Shown: positions 33,700-49,275 of the stretch, in pieces
How positions within the stretch are numbered: position 1 is the stretch's first letter
Layout: the number at the start of each line of letters is the position of its first letter
DNA from: the human T2T-CHM13v2.0 reference genome, Homo sapiens
NCBI RefSeq assembly: GCF_009914755.1
Contig: NC_060929.1
DNA length: 64,000 nucleotides
Direction: 5' to 3' (one strand)
Position numbers and translations under genes: made by a program
The notes under the pieces: model-generated
What the model saw: only the letters and a program-made list of their open reading frames with translations
Databases searched by the model: none
Told to the model about the DNA's origin: nothing

Positions 33700-34215
33700 C
33701 TATTAACTATTGCAGTTCTTATTTGAGACCCTCCTCCAACCAGAAACAATTTTGTTCTCTTTAATGAGGCAACTAAGAAAAAGGAAAATAGTAAAGAAAC
33801 TTGCTTTCCTTGGTCTTAATTATGGATGAGGGTGAGAGGTCTCTCTCGGTAATATGTAACCTCAAGTGGCCCTCAACCTGAACTTAGGGTCAGAATTTAC
33901 ACTCTCTGTATGGCTCAAAGTGCCCAAACTAAAAATTTACATTAAAATGGTTCTAGGTTGGCAGTGTTTCCAAGTGGTACTGATAGAAGAACTTGTAGAT
34001 GTTTTAAATTTAGGTCGCAAAGAGCTTTCACAGATAAACTTCCAAGGAACAAGAGTACAGATTGGAAAAATCTCAAAACAACAACAAAAGAAGCCACGGA
34101 GAGCAAGAGAAACAAAAACAGAAAGAAAGCAGAATGGTAACAGAAGCAAATCTGCAAAGACATAGATTCTGAAATGATAATAAGCATGTCGAATGTGTTT
34201 AAAGAGGTTATTTTT

Positions 34216-34514
<299 letters not shown>

Positions 34515-35199
34515 AGTGGCTGATAATATTCTGGAATTGATAAAAGACACAAATCATCACATTCAGGAACATAAGAAACCCAATGCAAGGTAAACAAAAC
34601 CTACACTTAAACCCATCCTAGCTAAACTGCAGAACACCAAGACAAACGAAAAGGAAGATTTGTCTACAAGGACAAAAAGGATGAGAAATTTGAATAGGAA
34701 TCTGAAACCAAATGGGTTCAACATAATTCAGGAAGCTTCATACTCTACAATGACTGTAGAGGAATTAAAAAAGCAATGCAATGTATGCCTCCAAACCCAC
34801 AAACAGCTCCCAGTAATCGTGTCTGGTAATTTTGGAAGTGGGAATAAAGTTGGGCCTTAAGAAGGAAGATTGAGTCAATGTTTAAGAAGCAGTTATATAC
34901 CCAGAGTCTGGCAACTCCTTGTAGTCAAGGGATTGCCATTTTCTTACTCCAGCACAACACTGAAGGTTCATCACCTAGAAAGAATAGAACAGTATTTCTT
35001 GACCAGAGGGCACAGGGCACTGTGAGAGCAGGCTACCATATTGAAAACAGATTAAATAAAATGGGTACATACTAAAGATTGAGACACTACCATTTCTCCA
35101 CCAGCCTTCTGACTGAAACATTAGCCACCAGTTTTTACCTGCAAGGCAGGAAAATGGAAGACTCTCTTCCAGGTGTCATAAAAATACTTATGGGCACTA

Positions 35200-35285
35200 T
35201 AAGGTATATATACATAGATCTTATATTATATATGTTATATATGTTATATATAACATATATGTTATATATAATATAAGATATACTA
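35200..35285. repeat. (TA)-rich low-complexity repeat
   Basis: Repeated tatatgtta units. Confidence 0.8.
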
Positions 35286-35378
35286 TAGTCAGGGCTTCCC
35301 GAATAAAATGTTGCAGCCAAAACATCTCATAATAAATCTCCTGGTCAGTAAGTCCCATACATGGACATGGAACTCTAA

Positions 35379-35677
<299 letters not shown>

Positions 35678-35937
35678 TGATCTCTTTAATGCTCCATTTT
35701 TAGTGAGAGCAGGCGGCCAAGGATCACTATGAAATACTGAGGAATATGTGAAAGAGAAACCAAAACAAAGAAACGAGAAAAAAAAATGTTCTCAAGGAAA
35801 CGGAGACCGTGCAAAGAGAAGAAAAATAATTTTTAAGTTTCTTATATCTTCAGAGAGATAATATAGAAGAGCCATAAAAGAATAGGATACTTTGTTAAAA
35901 AGACAGGAATAAAGGAGCTATTAGAAATTATAAATAT

Positions 35938-36240
35938 GGGCAGGGCATGATGGCTCACACCTGTAATCGCAGTACTTTGGGAGGTGGAAGTGGGTAGATC
36001 ACTTGAGGTCAGGAGTTCAAGACCAGCCTGGGCAACATGGTAAAACCTCATCTCTCCCAAAAATACAAAAATTAGCCAGGAGTGGTGGCTCATGCCTGTG
36101 GTCCCAGCTACTTGGGAGGCTGAGATGGGAGGATCACTTTTGACCTGGAAGGAGAAGGCTGCAGTGAGCCAAGATCACACTATGGCACTCCAGCCTGGGC
36201 AACAGTGCAAGACCCTGTCTCAAAAAACAAAAGAAAGAAT
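35938..36240 (+). mobile_element. AluJ-like element
   Basis: Full dimer. Confidence 0.9.
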
Positions 36241-36685
36241 AAATATGTAAATATGATAGAAATAAGAAGTTGGAAGGGCATGAAGATAAAGTTGAGAAAA
36301 TCTCCCAGAAAGTAGAGCAAAAAGGCAAAGAGATAAGAGAGAAAAATGAAAGAAAGTTAGGACATCAACCCATCATGTCTACCCTGAAATAATAGTAGAG
36401 AACATAGAAAATGTTCTGGAGAAAAATCATCAAAAAAGTAATCTAATAACATTCGCAGGGCAGAAGCTCATGAATTTCCAGATTGAAAGGACTCATAGAG
36501 TGTGCTTGGCACACTGATAAAAATAAATTCATACCAAGGTACATCGTTGTGAAATGTCAGAACCCTGGGGGCAAAAGTTTCCATAGAAGGGAAAAGTAGA
36601 TTATATACAAAGGAAAAGGAATCAAAATGGCATCAGGTGCCTGAACAGCAAAATGGGAAGCCAGAAGATAATGGAACAATGTCTT

Positions 36686-36831
36686 CTTCTTCTTCTTTTT
36701 TTTTTTTTTTTTTAATAGAGACAGTCTTGTTGTGTGCCCAGGCCGATTTTTGAGCTCCTGAGCTTAAGCAATCCTCCTGCCTCGGGCTCCCAAAGTGCTG
36801 GGATTACAGGTGTGAGCCACCACGCCTGACC
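36686..36831 (-). mobile_element. FLAM_C-like monomer
   Basis: 13-bp TSD ggaacaatgtctt at 36673-36685 and 36832-36844. Confidence 0.9.
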
Positions 36832-37023
36832 GGAACAATGTCTTTAAAACTTCTGAGGTAAAATTATTTCCAACTTAGAATTCTATATTCAGTCAAACTG
36901 TCAACCATTAGAGAGGGAAACACAGAAGCCTCCTAAGATAGAAGGAATGTTCTATTTTTTAAAGTTTGCTAAAGAGTACATGCACATTCATCTTATTCCT
37001 TAAGCTATTATAGGTATGTTCTA

Positions 37024-37370
<347 letters not shown>

Positions 37371-37498
37371 TGTCTATAACATAATTTAAAAGTAATTTAA
37401 AATAAAGTTACCAAATATGTCAAAAGGTTAAATGATGGGTACACGCATGTTTCTTATGTTATTCTCTGTACTTTTATTATACTTAATATATACTGTAA

Positions 37499-37788
37499 TT
37501 TTTTTTTTGAGACAGGGTCTCACTCTATCACCTAGCCTAAAGTGCAAGGCATGATCATGGCTCACTGTAACTTCAAACTCCTTGGCTCAAGTGATCCTCC
37601 CACCACAGCTTCCCAAGTAGCTGGGACTACAGGTGCGCACCACCATGCTGGCTACTTTTTTTATTTTTAGTAGAGACAGGGTTTTACCATGTTGGCTAGG
37701 CTAATCTCGAACTCCTGACCTCAAGTGATCTGCCTGCCTCGGCCTCCCAAAGTGCTGGGATCACAGGCATGAGCCACCTCGCCGGGCC
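37499..37788 (-). mobile_element. Alu, possibly a J/S chimera
   Basis: Right arm J-like, left arm S-like; no TSD seen. Confidence 0.9.
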
Positions 37789-37976
37789 AAAAGATGCTTT
37801 TTTAAAGTTGCTTATGTCTTCAGAGAGATAAGATAGTACAGCCATAAAAGAATAGAAACCATAAATTCGTATCATCTTAATTTTGACTTATGTATAAATT
37901 TCTGCCCTTTGAGCACCCATACAAATTTTTTGAATTAGCCCTAAAATCATAATACTAGGCCATTATCCTCTAGGCC

Positions 37977-38112
37977 TTTTTTTTTTTTTTTTGGTAAAGA
38001 CAGAGTCGTGTTATGTTGCCCAGGCTGGTCTCAAACTCCCGAGCTCAAGCAATTCTCCTGCCTCTGCCTCCCAAAGTGCTGGGATTACAGGTGTGAGCCA
38101 CCATGCCCAGCC
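37977..38112 (-). mobile_element. FLAM_C-like monomer
   Basis: Antisense left monomer with poly(T). Confidence 0.9.
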
Positions 38113-38479
38113 CCCTGGGCCATTTTAAACTTGAAAAATTGAATTATATAGAGTTTCTTCCACCAAAATGCATCATCTATAGAGGTCAACATCAATAAAA
38201 TTTGAATGTTAAATCTGGAATACTTTGGTTATGACCCTGATTAAATCAGAAGAATGGACTAAATGAACTCTTATTCCCTTCTAGCCTGTACAGTTCTAAC
38301 ACCTTTTTGAGTTTGAGCTATAATATAGTTACAGATACTAACGTAAAATACATAATATTCTTCCAATCTTTTTTTGTTTGCTCAGACTCCTTCTGTCATT
38401 CTCAATCCTAAAGGCTGACATAAAACCTACACCATCCTCTGGCTAGAGTGGGACTCTGAAAAGCGAAAAGAGTAGCACA

Positions 38480-38690
38480 TCCTCTTGGGTTAGAGATTGG
38501 TTTTCTTCCTGGAGCTATTGAGAAAAGTCTCCCTTTATCTGCTGAGGTTTCTAAACTGCTAGCGTGTAAGCTTGAAGTTGCTTCTTGCCTGCTTGCTAGG
38601 AATGCCTGCCTGAGAATGAAGTGGCTCAGAAGACAGGAGAGCAGATCAAAGGAAGGAGATCATTTCTTAATGACAGTATTTGAATTGTGA
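38480..38690 (+). mobile_element. MLT1J/K-like LTR fragment
   Basis: gcctgcctgagaatgaag...ttcttaatgacagtatttga. Confidence 0.5.
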
Positions 38691-38983
38691 GTGAAAATAG
38701 GTCGATTCTTAAACTTTCAAATTTCACAAATGAAGAAACAAGACAAAGATTAACTTAGAGGAAAGCAAAAGATTATATCGGAAACAAAAAGAGAAATTAT
38801 AAAATGCTACATGTCTCAGCTGTGAGCAGCTTTTATGTAGTCATAATAATGTAAATTGTGAATACTGGTTTAGCCAAAATTAAAACATAATTATACGAGG
38901 TGAATGGTAAGAAGAGAAGAATAGATACATAGGAAGAAAGTAATGAGTAAATAATGCTCATCCTAAAATAGGAAGTCAATAGA

Positions 38984-39330
38984 TGATATGGTTTGGCTCT
39001 GTGTCCCCATCCAATCTCATTTCCAATTGTAATCCCCACGTGTTGAGGGAGGGAGGTGAGTAGATCCTGGGGGCGGTTTCCCCCATGCTGTTCCAGTGAT
39101 AGTGAGTGAATTCTCACAATATCTATGGTTTTTAAGTGTTTGGAAGTTCCTCCTCACTCTTCTCTTTCCTGCCAACTTGTGAAGAAGATGCCTGCTTTCC
39201 CTTCCACCATGATTGTGTTTCCTGAGGTCTCTCCAGCCATGTGGAACTGTGAGTCAATTGAAACTTTTCCTTTGTAAATCACCCAGTCTCAGGGGAGTTC
39301 TTTATAGCAATGTGAAAACGGACTAACACA
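38984..39330 (+). mobile_element. THE1D-like solo LTR
   Basis: tgatatggtttggctctgtgtcccc...gaaaacggactaacaca; perfect TSD ATAGA at 38979-38983 and 39331-39335. Confidence 0.9.
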
Positions 39331-39399
39331 ATAGATGACATCTAAAGCTGAAAACTCACAAAGCAGCTATATAAGCATATTATTTAGAAGTTAAGACAT

Positions 39400-39703
39400 G
39401 GCAGGTCATGGTGGCTCATGCCTGTAATCCGAACACTTTAGGGGGCTAAGGCAGGAGGATCACTTGAGCCCAAGAGGTCAAAAGTAGCCTGGGCAGCATA
39501 GTGAAATCTGTCTCTACAAAAAAAAAATTTTTTTTTAATTAGCCAGGTGTGGTGGTGCATGCCTGTAGTCCCAGCTACTTGGGAGGCTGAAGCAGAAGGA
39601 TTTCTTGAGCCTGGGAGGTCAAGGCTGCAGTGAACCATGATTGCACCACTGCACTCCAGCCTGGGCAACAAAGTGAGACCCTGTCTCAAACAAGAAAAGA
39701 AAA
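39400..39703 (+). mobile_element. AluJ
   Basis: Full dimer with J diagnostics. Confidence 0.9.
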
Positions 39704-39753
39704 TATGACCAAAAAACTCTCTCCCAACCTCAAAAAAAAAAAAATCCCACTGA

Positions 39754-39890
39754 GGCCAGACATGGTGACTTGTGCCTATAATCCCAGCACTTTGGGAGGA
39801 CAGGGTGGGAGGATCATTTCAGCCCATAAGTTCAAGACCAGCCTGGACAACATAGTGAGACCCTGTCTCTATAAAAGCAATTTTTAAAAT
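39754..39890 (+). mobile_element. FLAM_C-like monomer
   Basis: Left monomer; TSD aaaat(c/t)ccactga. Confidence 0.85.
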
Positions 39891-40221
39891 TCCACTGAAA
39901 CAATTAGAATTACTGCTTGGGGCCCTTGGTAGTCCCCTTTTAATGTAGAAATTCATATCCTTCAGTTCCGACAAATGTTCTTGATTTACTTATTTGATTA
40001 TTTTCTTCTATCCATTTTCTCTTATCTCCTTTTATGAATTTTTTTCTTCTTCTTAAAAAAAATCCTCAGATTCCTTTTACCATCTGAAATACCTGTTATG
40101 CAGATATTGAACTTCTTGCACTGGTCCTTTAGTCCTCTAAATCTTTTCTCTATGTAATTATCCTTCTCATTGTCTTTTCACTCTACCTTGTGAGAGATGT
40201 CCTCAATTTATATAATTATCT

Positions 40222-40584
<363 letters not shown>

Positions 40585-40616
40585 TGAATATTAAGGATGT
40601 CTTTCTTACTCTTTTT

Positions 40617-40687
40617 AGAGACAGATAAATAGATGATAGAGAGAGAGATAGATGATGATAGATAGATAGATAGATAGATGATAGATC
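40617..40687 (+). repeat. Compound (GATA)n/(GA)n microsatellite
   Basis: gatagatagatagatagatagat with interruptions. Confidence 0.9.
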
Positions 40688-41351
40688 ATCAAACTGTTCA
40701 CTTTTATGGATACAGCATTCTCTCTTCTCCATCAGAGATATGAAAATATTTCCCTTTTCTCCTCCTGCCTGTATCCATGCCTTCAATGTTGTTTTAATCT
40801 ACTTGTTGCCCTCTCTGTCTTTCACATAAGTGGATCCTCTCAGATGTTGAATGACCTTGGATTCCCTAAGAGCAGGTGACTAGAAAGCGAATAGAGAGCT
40901 CTGAGCATCTTCTGGATGCACTACATTTAGATGGTCCTTTGCTCTTGGTGGGTGATATGCGTGGCCCATTTCTTTGAAGGAACTCTGATATCAGGATCTT
41001 TAGGTCTTCTTGGCTCATCAGGTTCCCCAGAGATGACTTTTCCACTCTTCAGCCTAGAGAGAGTAGAAGCTGGAAGCAAACATTCTGGGAACTAAGGATA
41101 GGAAGACAAGCTGACTGCTCTTAGAATATATGTTAAAAATCACTTAATTCCACTGTTCTTTGCAGAGTAGCCCCTAGCTTCGATGTTGCCTAGTGTCTTC
41201 CATTTCCAATACCCTCTTTTGAATAAACCTGCAATATTTTGTCCTTGTTGGGCCTACACTTGATCTACTATACAGAGTAGAGGAGGAGCTCTGGGGTGAG
41301 AGGTGTCCAACTGCATCTTATAAACACTTTCAGCACAATCTCCTATTTATA

Positions 41352-41622
41352 GGCTCACGCCTGTAATCCCAGCACTTTGGGAGGCCAAGGTGGGTGGATC
41401 ACCTGAGGACAGGAGTTCAAGACCAGCCTGGCCAATACGGCGAAACACTGTCTCTACTAAAAATACAAAAATCAGCTGGGCGTGTGGCAGGTGCCTGTAA
41501 TCCTAGCTACTCAGGAGGCTGAAGCAGGAGAATTGCTTGAACTCAGGAGGCGGAGGTTGCAGTGAGCCAAGATGGTGTCACTGCACTCCAGCCTGGGCGA
41601 CAAGAGCAAAACTCTGTCTCAG

Positions 41623-41650
<28 letters not shown>
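41352..41650 (+). mobile_element. Alu (AluSq-like), slightly 5'-truncated, long poly(A)
   Basis: Starts at ggctcacgcc; carries gacaagagcaaaactc. Confidence 0.95.
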
Positions 41651-41653
<3 letters not shown>

Positions 41654-42339
41654 TTATCTCTGCTAGGTTATAAGTATCTGGACATCAAAAATAGGTTAAT
41701 ATTTATATTCATGTATTTCTTTCCGTGTCTAATACAGTGAATTGTACCTTGACCTTGCACAATAAATGATTGTGCAATTGATATTTCAGCATAATTACCA
41801 TAAGGCAAGACTAGATAAAAAAAATCTAGTAGGTTGATAAGCTTTTAACTAATTTTTACCAAAAATTTGGCACAATAACAATAATTATTATTTTTTCCTT
41901 CTAATGAATACCACAAATAAGTGTTTTGCGCTGTGTAGGAAAAAAGAAAGATGATCGGGCAGAATGCCTAACAAGGTTGAATAATTAGTCAAATTTTATT
42001 TTTGAGCATTTTTCCTAAAATTCAATTGCATGGTTTAAATGCTTGCTCTTTGCTGCTTTGGAAATCTGTTGATAAATGACATTGCAGTCCTTGATATGCA
42101 CTTGCACAGGCATTCATGTGTTTCTTGCCAGTGCCAGGAGGCAGAACCAATATTATTTTTCCTTTCTGAGGGTGAAGGAGTTCACAAAGATCACCTGACT
42201 AGTCAAGGCCTTTTCTACACTGAGATCTTTCTAACAGGTCATTGAATCATCACCAACTGAAGAAAATAAGGACTGTTTGCACTATATATTTTCACTATCA
42301 TTCATTTGCTTCTTGGTACCCTCCAAAAGAGATGAGCGA

Positions 42340-42651
<312 letters not shown>

Positions 42652-42847
42652 ATGAGTTGAGTGATTCTGACAAAATTTGGTTCTTTAAATAAAGGTATCA
42701 AGAAGCATCTAAAGCTTGTATTGGCCACCCTGAAATGAAACAGTCAGGAAGAACTAGATTATAAATTCTTTGAAGGCAAAAAACTCTTAATTTTCTCTCT
42801 CATATCTCATCACCCTATACCACTGGTGGACATAAAATAGATGTTCA

Positions 42848-43298
<451 letters not shown>

Positions 43299-44567
43299 CT
43301 ATCTGGTTAATGCTAACTACTGTTATTCCACTGAGTATAATCTTTAGTTCACATTTCTGCTGGCTAATAGGCTTCCCAAAGCCATTTACTAACATGAACA
43401 TGATACTGCAACCAGCCGTAAAATCTGGAAGAGTAACTAAGAAACCTTCCTTCCCTTATTAGTTTATTGATTGGTTTATTTATTCTGATGTTCCAGAATT
43501 ATATGAATCTAGACTATGCTTCTTTTGAAAGCCTGGATTTTATGTGGAAAAGGTGATCTTTTCCAGTAACATTTTATTCCACTTTCAACTTATACCATAT
43601 AAAATGTGCATTTGGAATCTCTCCAACAGCAAATACAGATGTAGTTTAATCCACCCTGACTAAAGAACAGTCCAGAAACAAAAATATTCTGGGGCTCACT
43701 GATCTGTAAACACAAAATTAATGAATCATGTTCTGGTACTCATTCTGCTACTCATGTGATTTAGCCTATTACACATTTAAATATTCATACTTTTGTCTGT
43801 AAAATAGAAATAGAATTGCTTATTACCTTCTGAATAGTTTTAAGGAAAAACCAATAATATAGATTTTAATACTAAAATATATGTGTGTATAGATGTCATG
43901 ACATCTATTTATTAAATATTAAATAATATATGGCACATGACTGGGCACCATGAAGGTTAAAATCACAGCTTTAGAAAGAAAAAACTCACCTTTAATTTCC
44001 AAAATTTGGTTAAAAGCTTTCTTTACAAAGTTATGTAGTTATGTAGTCTTAAGTATTTAATAAAATATATTTATATCAAGTAAATGATAAGAGTCTTGCT
44101 AGCCATCTTAGTTTGGTAAACAATGCTCCCAGAATTATTGAAAAATCGAATTGTCATTAACCTTTGCAAATACACACAGTTGTAGTCTTTAAGAGTGACA
44201 AATTACGATTATGGCCTAATTACTGAGGCTTACTCTGGACAAATGCAAAATATTTACCATGTAATATAAGAATCCATACAACCCAATTGCTTCAGTACAG
44301 ATAAATTCTATGGCCACCTCATGCCTAAACTTTTTTTTTTTTTATTTTAGAGGAAATAATATAATTGTCATTTTATGTGCTCAACATCATAGAAGTAAAA
44401 ATTAGTCTCCAAACAAGCTTTGTTCAAATGTGTTTGCAAATGTTCTTTCTGTGTGCATTTCTAAACACCCCCCACCAAAGAAACCCCCCACCAAAGAAAT
44501 ATTTAAACAGATTTTGCCATTGCAGAGTAAGCAGTAAGGAAATCTACACAATTATAGATGTTTCGAT

Positions 44568-44859
<292 letters not shown>

Positions 44860-45576
44860 CTATAGATATTTCAAAATACTTAGGGTAACTGATATAGAAC
44901 ATAAAGACTTAGAAATTGGTTCTTCCAAGCTCTTTGTACTTCAGTGAGCTATCCTTTGGTGGACACTTCTAAATTTAACATTGTGTAGGATCTTCTTATA
45001 CCATCTATTGCTGTTTCAAAATGCTTGTCATGCGTATGGTATCAAATATTTGATACCTTTAATTAAAAATAGGCTAAAAAGGCAGGCAACCTTGAGCGTG
45101 AGTCAGCAATTGATCAAAGAGTATCTCTGCTCTAGAATTAGAATCCATATACCCTGATCCTAGTGCTTGATTAATTGGATTTGACCAAAGGGGCCATATA
45201 TTTATTGTGACTTTATAACTCATGGAATGGTAGGACTAATAGTTGTTCATCTCATACTTCACAGGATTGTCATGATTCTCATTTTACTTTTAGTTATTTT
45301 TCAAACTTGAGTAAAGTATTTTTATATGCACAGAATTCTAAAGTATTCACAAATTGCATACACTCTGTGTATTATCCGTTTTCATAACACTGAATGTGCT
45401 TCAGGTTGACACACTGAGCAACTTAGTTTGAAGACATTTTGGGTGATTAAAATAATTTGGATTTGCCAGTGACCATGAGTTTTTTCCACTGTTTTTCTTC
45501 TTTAAATAGACTTTTTTTTTCCTGCACTTAGAGGAAGTGTGAGTTCAGAAATTAGATTGACCTGAGTTTGGCTCCT

Positions 45577-45664
45577 CTTTCAAAAGATAGTTCCAATTCA
45601 TTGGGAATATTGTCAACTCTTTTTCAAAAGATAGTTCCAATTCATTGGGAATATTGTCAACTCT
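45577..45664. repeat. 44-bp tandem duplication
   Basis: tttcaaaagatagttccaattcattgggaatattgtcaactct twice; 43/44 identical. Confidence 0.95.
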
Positions 45665-46410
45665 ACACACAGAATAAGTCCAGAATCCAAATTCTTCTCT
45701 CCAGCTTCACTGGCTGCAATGCTGGTCCAATCTCCTACTTGAACAATTTTAATAATCTCCTAGCTGGTCTGTGTGCTTCCACTCTTGCCCCCATAGTTTA
45801 TTTCCCATACCAGAGTGATCCTTCTAAAATATAGGACATAATATGCCTCTCTAATGCTCAAAAGCCTCCAGTGATTTCCTGCTTCATTCATTTCATCCAT
45901 TCAAAAGTTCATTGGCCTACAAAGCCCTGCATGAGCTGGGCCCACCTACTTATCTCACTTCGTCCCCTACCATTTCCCCATCTCGCATTCCACAGCAGCC
46001 CCACTGGCTGCCTTCATATTCCTCAAACACACCAACGAATGCACTTTTGCATGTGCTGTCCTCTTTGCCTTCTGAATGCTGTTCCCCCAGGTATTTTCAT
46101 GGCATCCTTCTTTACTTCTTCCAGATCTTGGCTCAAACGTCTCTTTAAGAAGACTTTTCTGATCATCCTCTATATCTAGTAACATATCACCTCCTTGCCT
46201 TTTTTTATTTTTCTCTGTAGCACTTATTCCCAAGGAAAGCATCATATATTTATGTGTTTATTAGTTTGTAAATTGACTTTCTGCATTAGAATGTAAATTC
46301 CATAAGGCCAAGGACTTTATGTTGTTTATTTTTGTATACCCGACACCAACAATAATGTCTGTCTGGCATGTAACAAGTGCTTAAAAAATACTTGGTGAAG
46401 GAATGTACAT
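45595..46410 (+). mobile_element. L2a 3' region
   Basis: cagagtgatccttctaaaat...gctcaaaagcctccagtg...ggcctacaaagccctgcatga...tagaatgtaaattccataaggc...tggcatgtaacaagtgctt. Confidence 0.85.
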
Positions 46411-46424
46411 AACTTGTTAATTGC

Positions 46425-46575
46425 TTGACACTGGGCAAATTGAAAATTATTTTTTTCTTATCTCTACAATAGGGCTAATAATATTTCACAGTTATTGAGA
46501 TGATAACTAAAATGAAATATGTAAAATCTCTATAGCATAATGTTTGCCATATTATAGTTTTTAATACATAATTAT
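46425..46575 (+). mobile_element. MIR fragment
   Basis: tgacactgggcaaatt...tctctacaatagggctaataata...gttattgagatgataa. Confidence 0.55.
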
Positions 46576-46729
46576 TTCCTTTCAATTCACTATGATTTAT
46601 TCTGCAATACAAACTTTGAGAATGGCTACTTAATTTATAGAAAAATGTATGATAAGGAATTTCACCAAAACCTCATAAAGGTGGGCCAACAGCTAATCAT
46701 CTTTCAAGACTCAGCTCTCAAGTATTACA

Positions 46730-46866
46730 CTTTCCTTTTATTTGTTGGTTTATTTAACCTACTTTTGTTTTTTTTATTGACGGGGTTCTCACTATGTTGC
46801 CCAGGCTGGACCTGAACTCTTGGGCTCAAGTGATCCTCTCCTCTCAGCCTCCTGAGTACTGGATTG
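46730..46866 (-). mobile_element. Alu monomer fragment (FLAM-like)
   Basis: ctcactatgttgcccaggctgg...gggctcaagtgatcctc. Confidence 0.85.
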
Positions 46867-47032
46867 CTAATTCTGTAAAGACTTTGTCTGACCTCTCTGA
46901 GAGTCTTGACCCTTATATTCATTGTGATCCATGGTACCCTCTAACCACTTCTGGCATAACAACAATAATTCATTATACATACTCCATTGTTTATCATTTT
47001 CCCACATTAGACAAGTCCTTAATGCCAAGTTT

Positions 47033-47094
47033 TATTTACCTTTGTATTCAAGTCAAGCAAATATTTACCTTTGTATTCAAGTCAAGCAAATATT
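47033..47094. repeat. 29-bp perfect tandem duplication
   Basis: tatttacctttgtattcaagtcaagcaaa twice, plus tatt. Confidence 0.95.
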
Positions 47095-47439
47095 AAATAA
47101 ATGTATGTGCAATAAAATTGGGCATTTGAGGCACATACAAATAAAAATGTCATTCCCAATCCCTATAGAGAGAATGGCCTGACCAATCTGTGGAGAGAAC
47201 ACATATAAGAAACAATTGCAATATATGATTGTAAAGCCAAAGGCTAAAAATCAAGGGTTAAGTTTCTACTAATGGCATTATAAAGTGGTCAGGTGAACTT
47301 TTATGCAGATAACAATGATAAAAACTGGACAAAACATTTATTTAAAACAATGATTTGAAGACTCTGGAGAAAACCAGAAGTTGCAAACAGTTTATTCTTG
47401 AAAGACTGTAACAGCAGCAGGTAAGAATTGCAATTTGAG

Positions 47440-47474
<35 letters not shown>

Positions 47475-48148
47475 CTGAGGAGAGTTTGCAATGCCCAAAG
47501 CTCCTGGGACAGAAAACTGCAGTATTGCTGGTGGACAAAGACAGAGTACACAGCTTTCAGAGTAGCTGGAACTTTAGGAGGAAATCTTAGAAGCAAGAAA
47601 ACCACAGAAGGGATAAGGCCCAAATTCTGAGTATAAACTCTACCCAAATCCCTAGCTGACTGCTAAATTATGGATAAGTAGAAAAGACCACGTGGGAATA
47701 GCAAAAGATAGGTAGAAAAGAGAGAATAATGTATCTGCACATTGTATCAGAACTATCTCAGGCAAGATTTGTGACTTCATTGGTCTTTTGACAGAGTATA
47801 TTCCCAACCTGAATGCAGCTGAGGCAGCAGAAAGCTGAAGGCTTAATGGCCTGAGGTGCCAGAGGAATAGGTGGAAATTTGTGGAGAGTGAGAAGGGGTA
47901 GCTCTGAAATTAAGGGAACTACAGAGAGTGCAAGCTCCAAATTGGATTTTAAAAAGTTCCCCAATCCTTGGCTAACAACTAAACTACATAGATCATAACT
48001 GGAATCTATAGGTAGGAAGGAAGAATGCTGGAAATGGTAACTGTGTGGGTAAATAGATATGTAGTATATTGTACACACATATATTTCCTCACTTTATTTA
48101 AAAGATACATAACTGCTGAAAGCAAATATTGTAGCACTTTGTTACTAA

Positions 48149-48485
<337 letters not shown>

Positions 48486-48902
48486 TATTTAAACATCCTT
48501 ATGCCAATAAATTCAATGGTTAGATAAACAAATTCCTTGAGAGACCCAAATTACTAATTTTGTTAATAGAAAATAGAAAATATGAATAGTCAAATTAAAT
48601 TCAAATTAAAAACTTTCACACACATATACACACACAACTCCAGGTCTAGATAGCTTTACTAGTGAACTGTATTAGACAATCAATAAAAGAGTAATACCAA
48701 TTCCACAGAAACTGCATAAGAAAAACAGAAAGTGTGAACCATTTTTGACTTATTTTACAAGACCACCGTTATATCAGTACCAAAACCAGTTAAAGACATC
48801 ATGAGAAAGAAAACTATAGATTAATCTCTCCTGAACATAGACAAAAGGAAAAAAATCATTAAACTATTAGAAAATCAATCCTGCAATATATAAAGAGGAT
48901 TA

Positions 48903-49275
<373 letters not shown>

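Noticed and set aside
47309-47426. Possible exon ending in a strong CAG|GTAAGA donor
   Set aside because: The acceptor is weak, it lies within L1M sequence, and there is no recognisable coding content or transcript evidence.
47442-47472. 31-nt poly(T) as an orphan retrotransposon tail
   Set aside because: There is no TSD or attached element; simple homopolymer expansion is sufficient.
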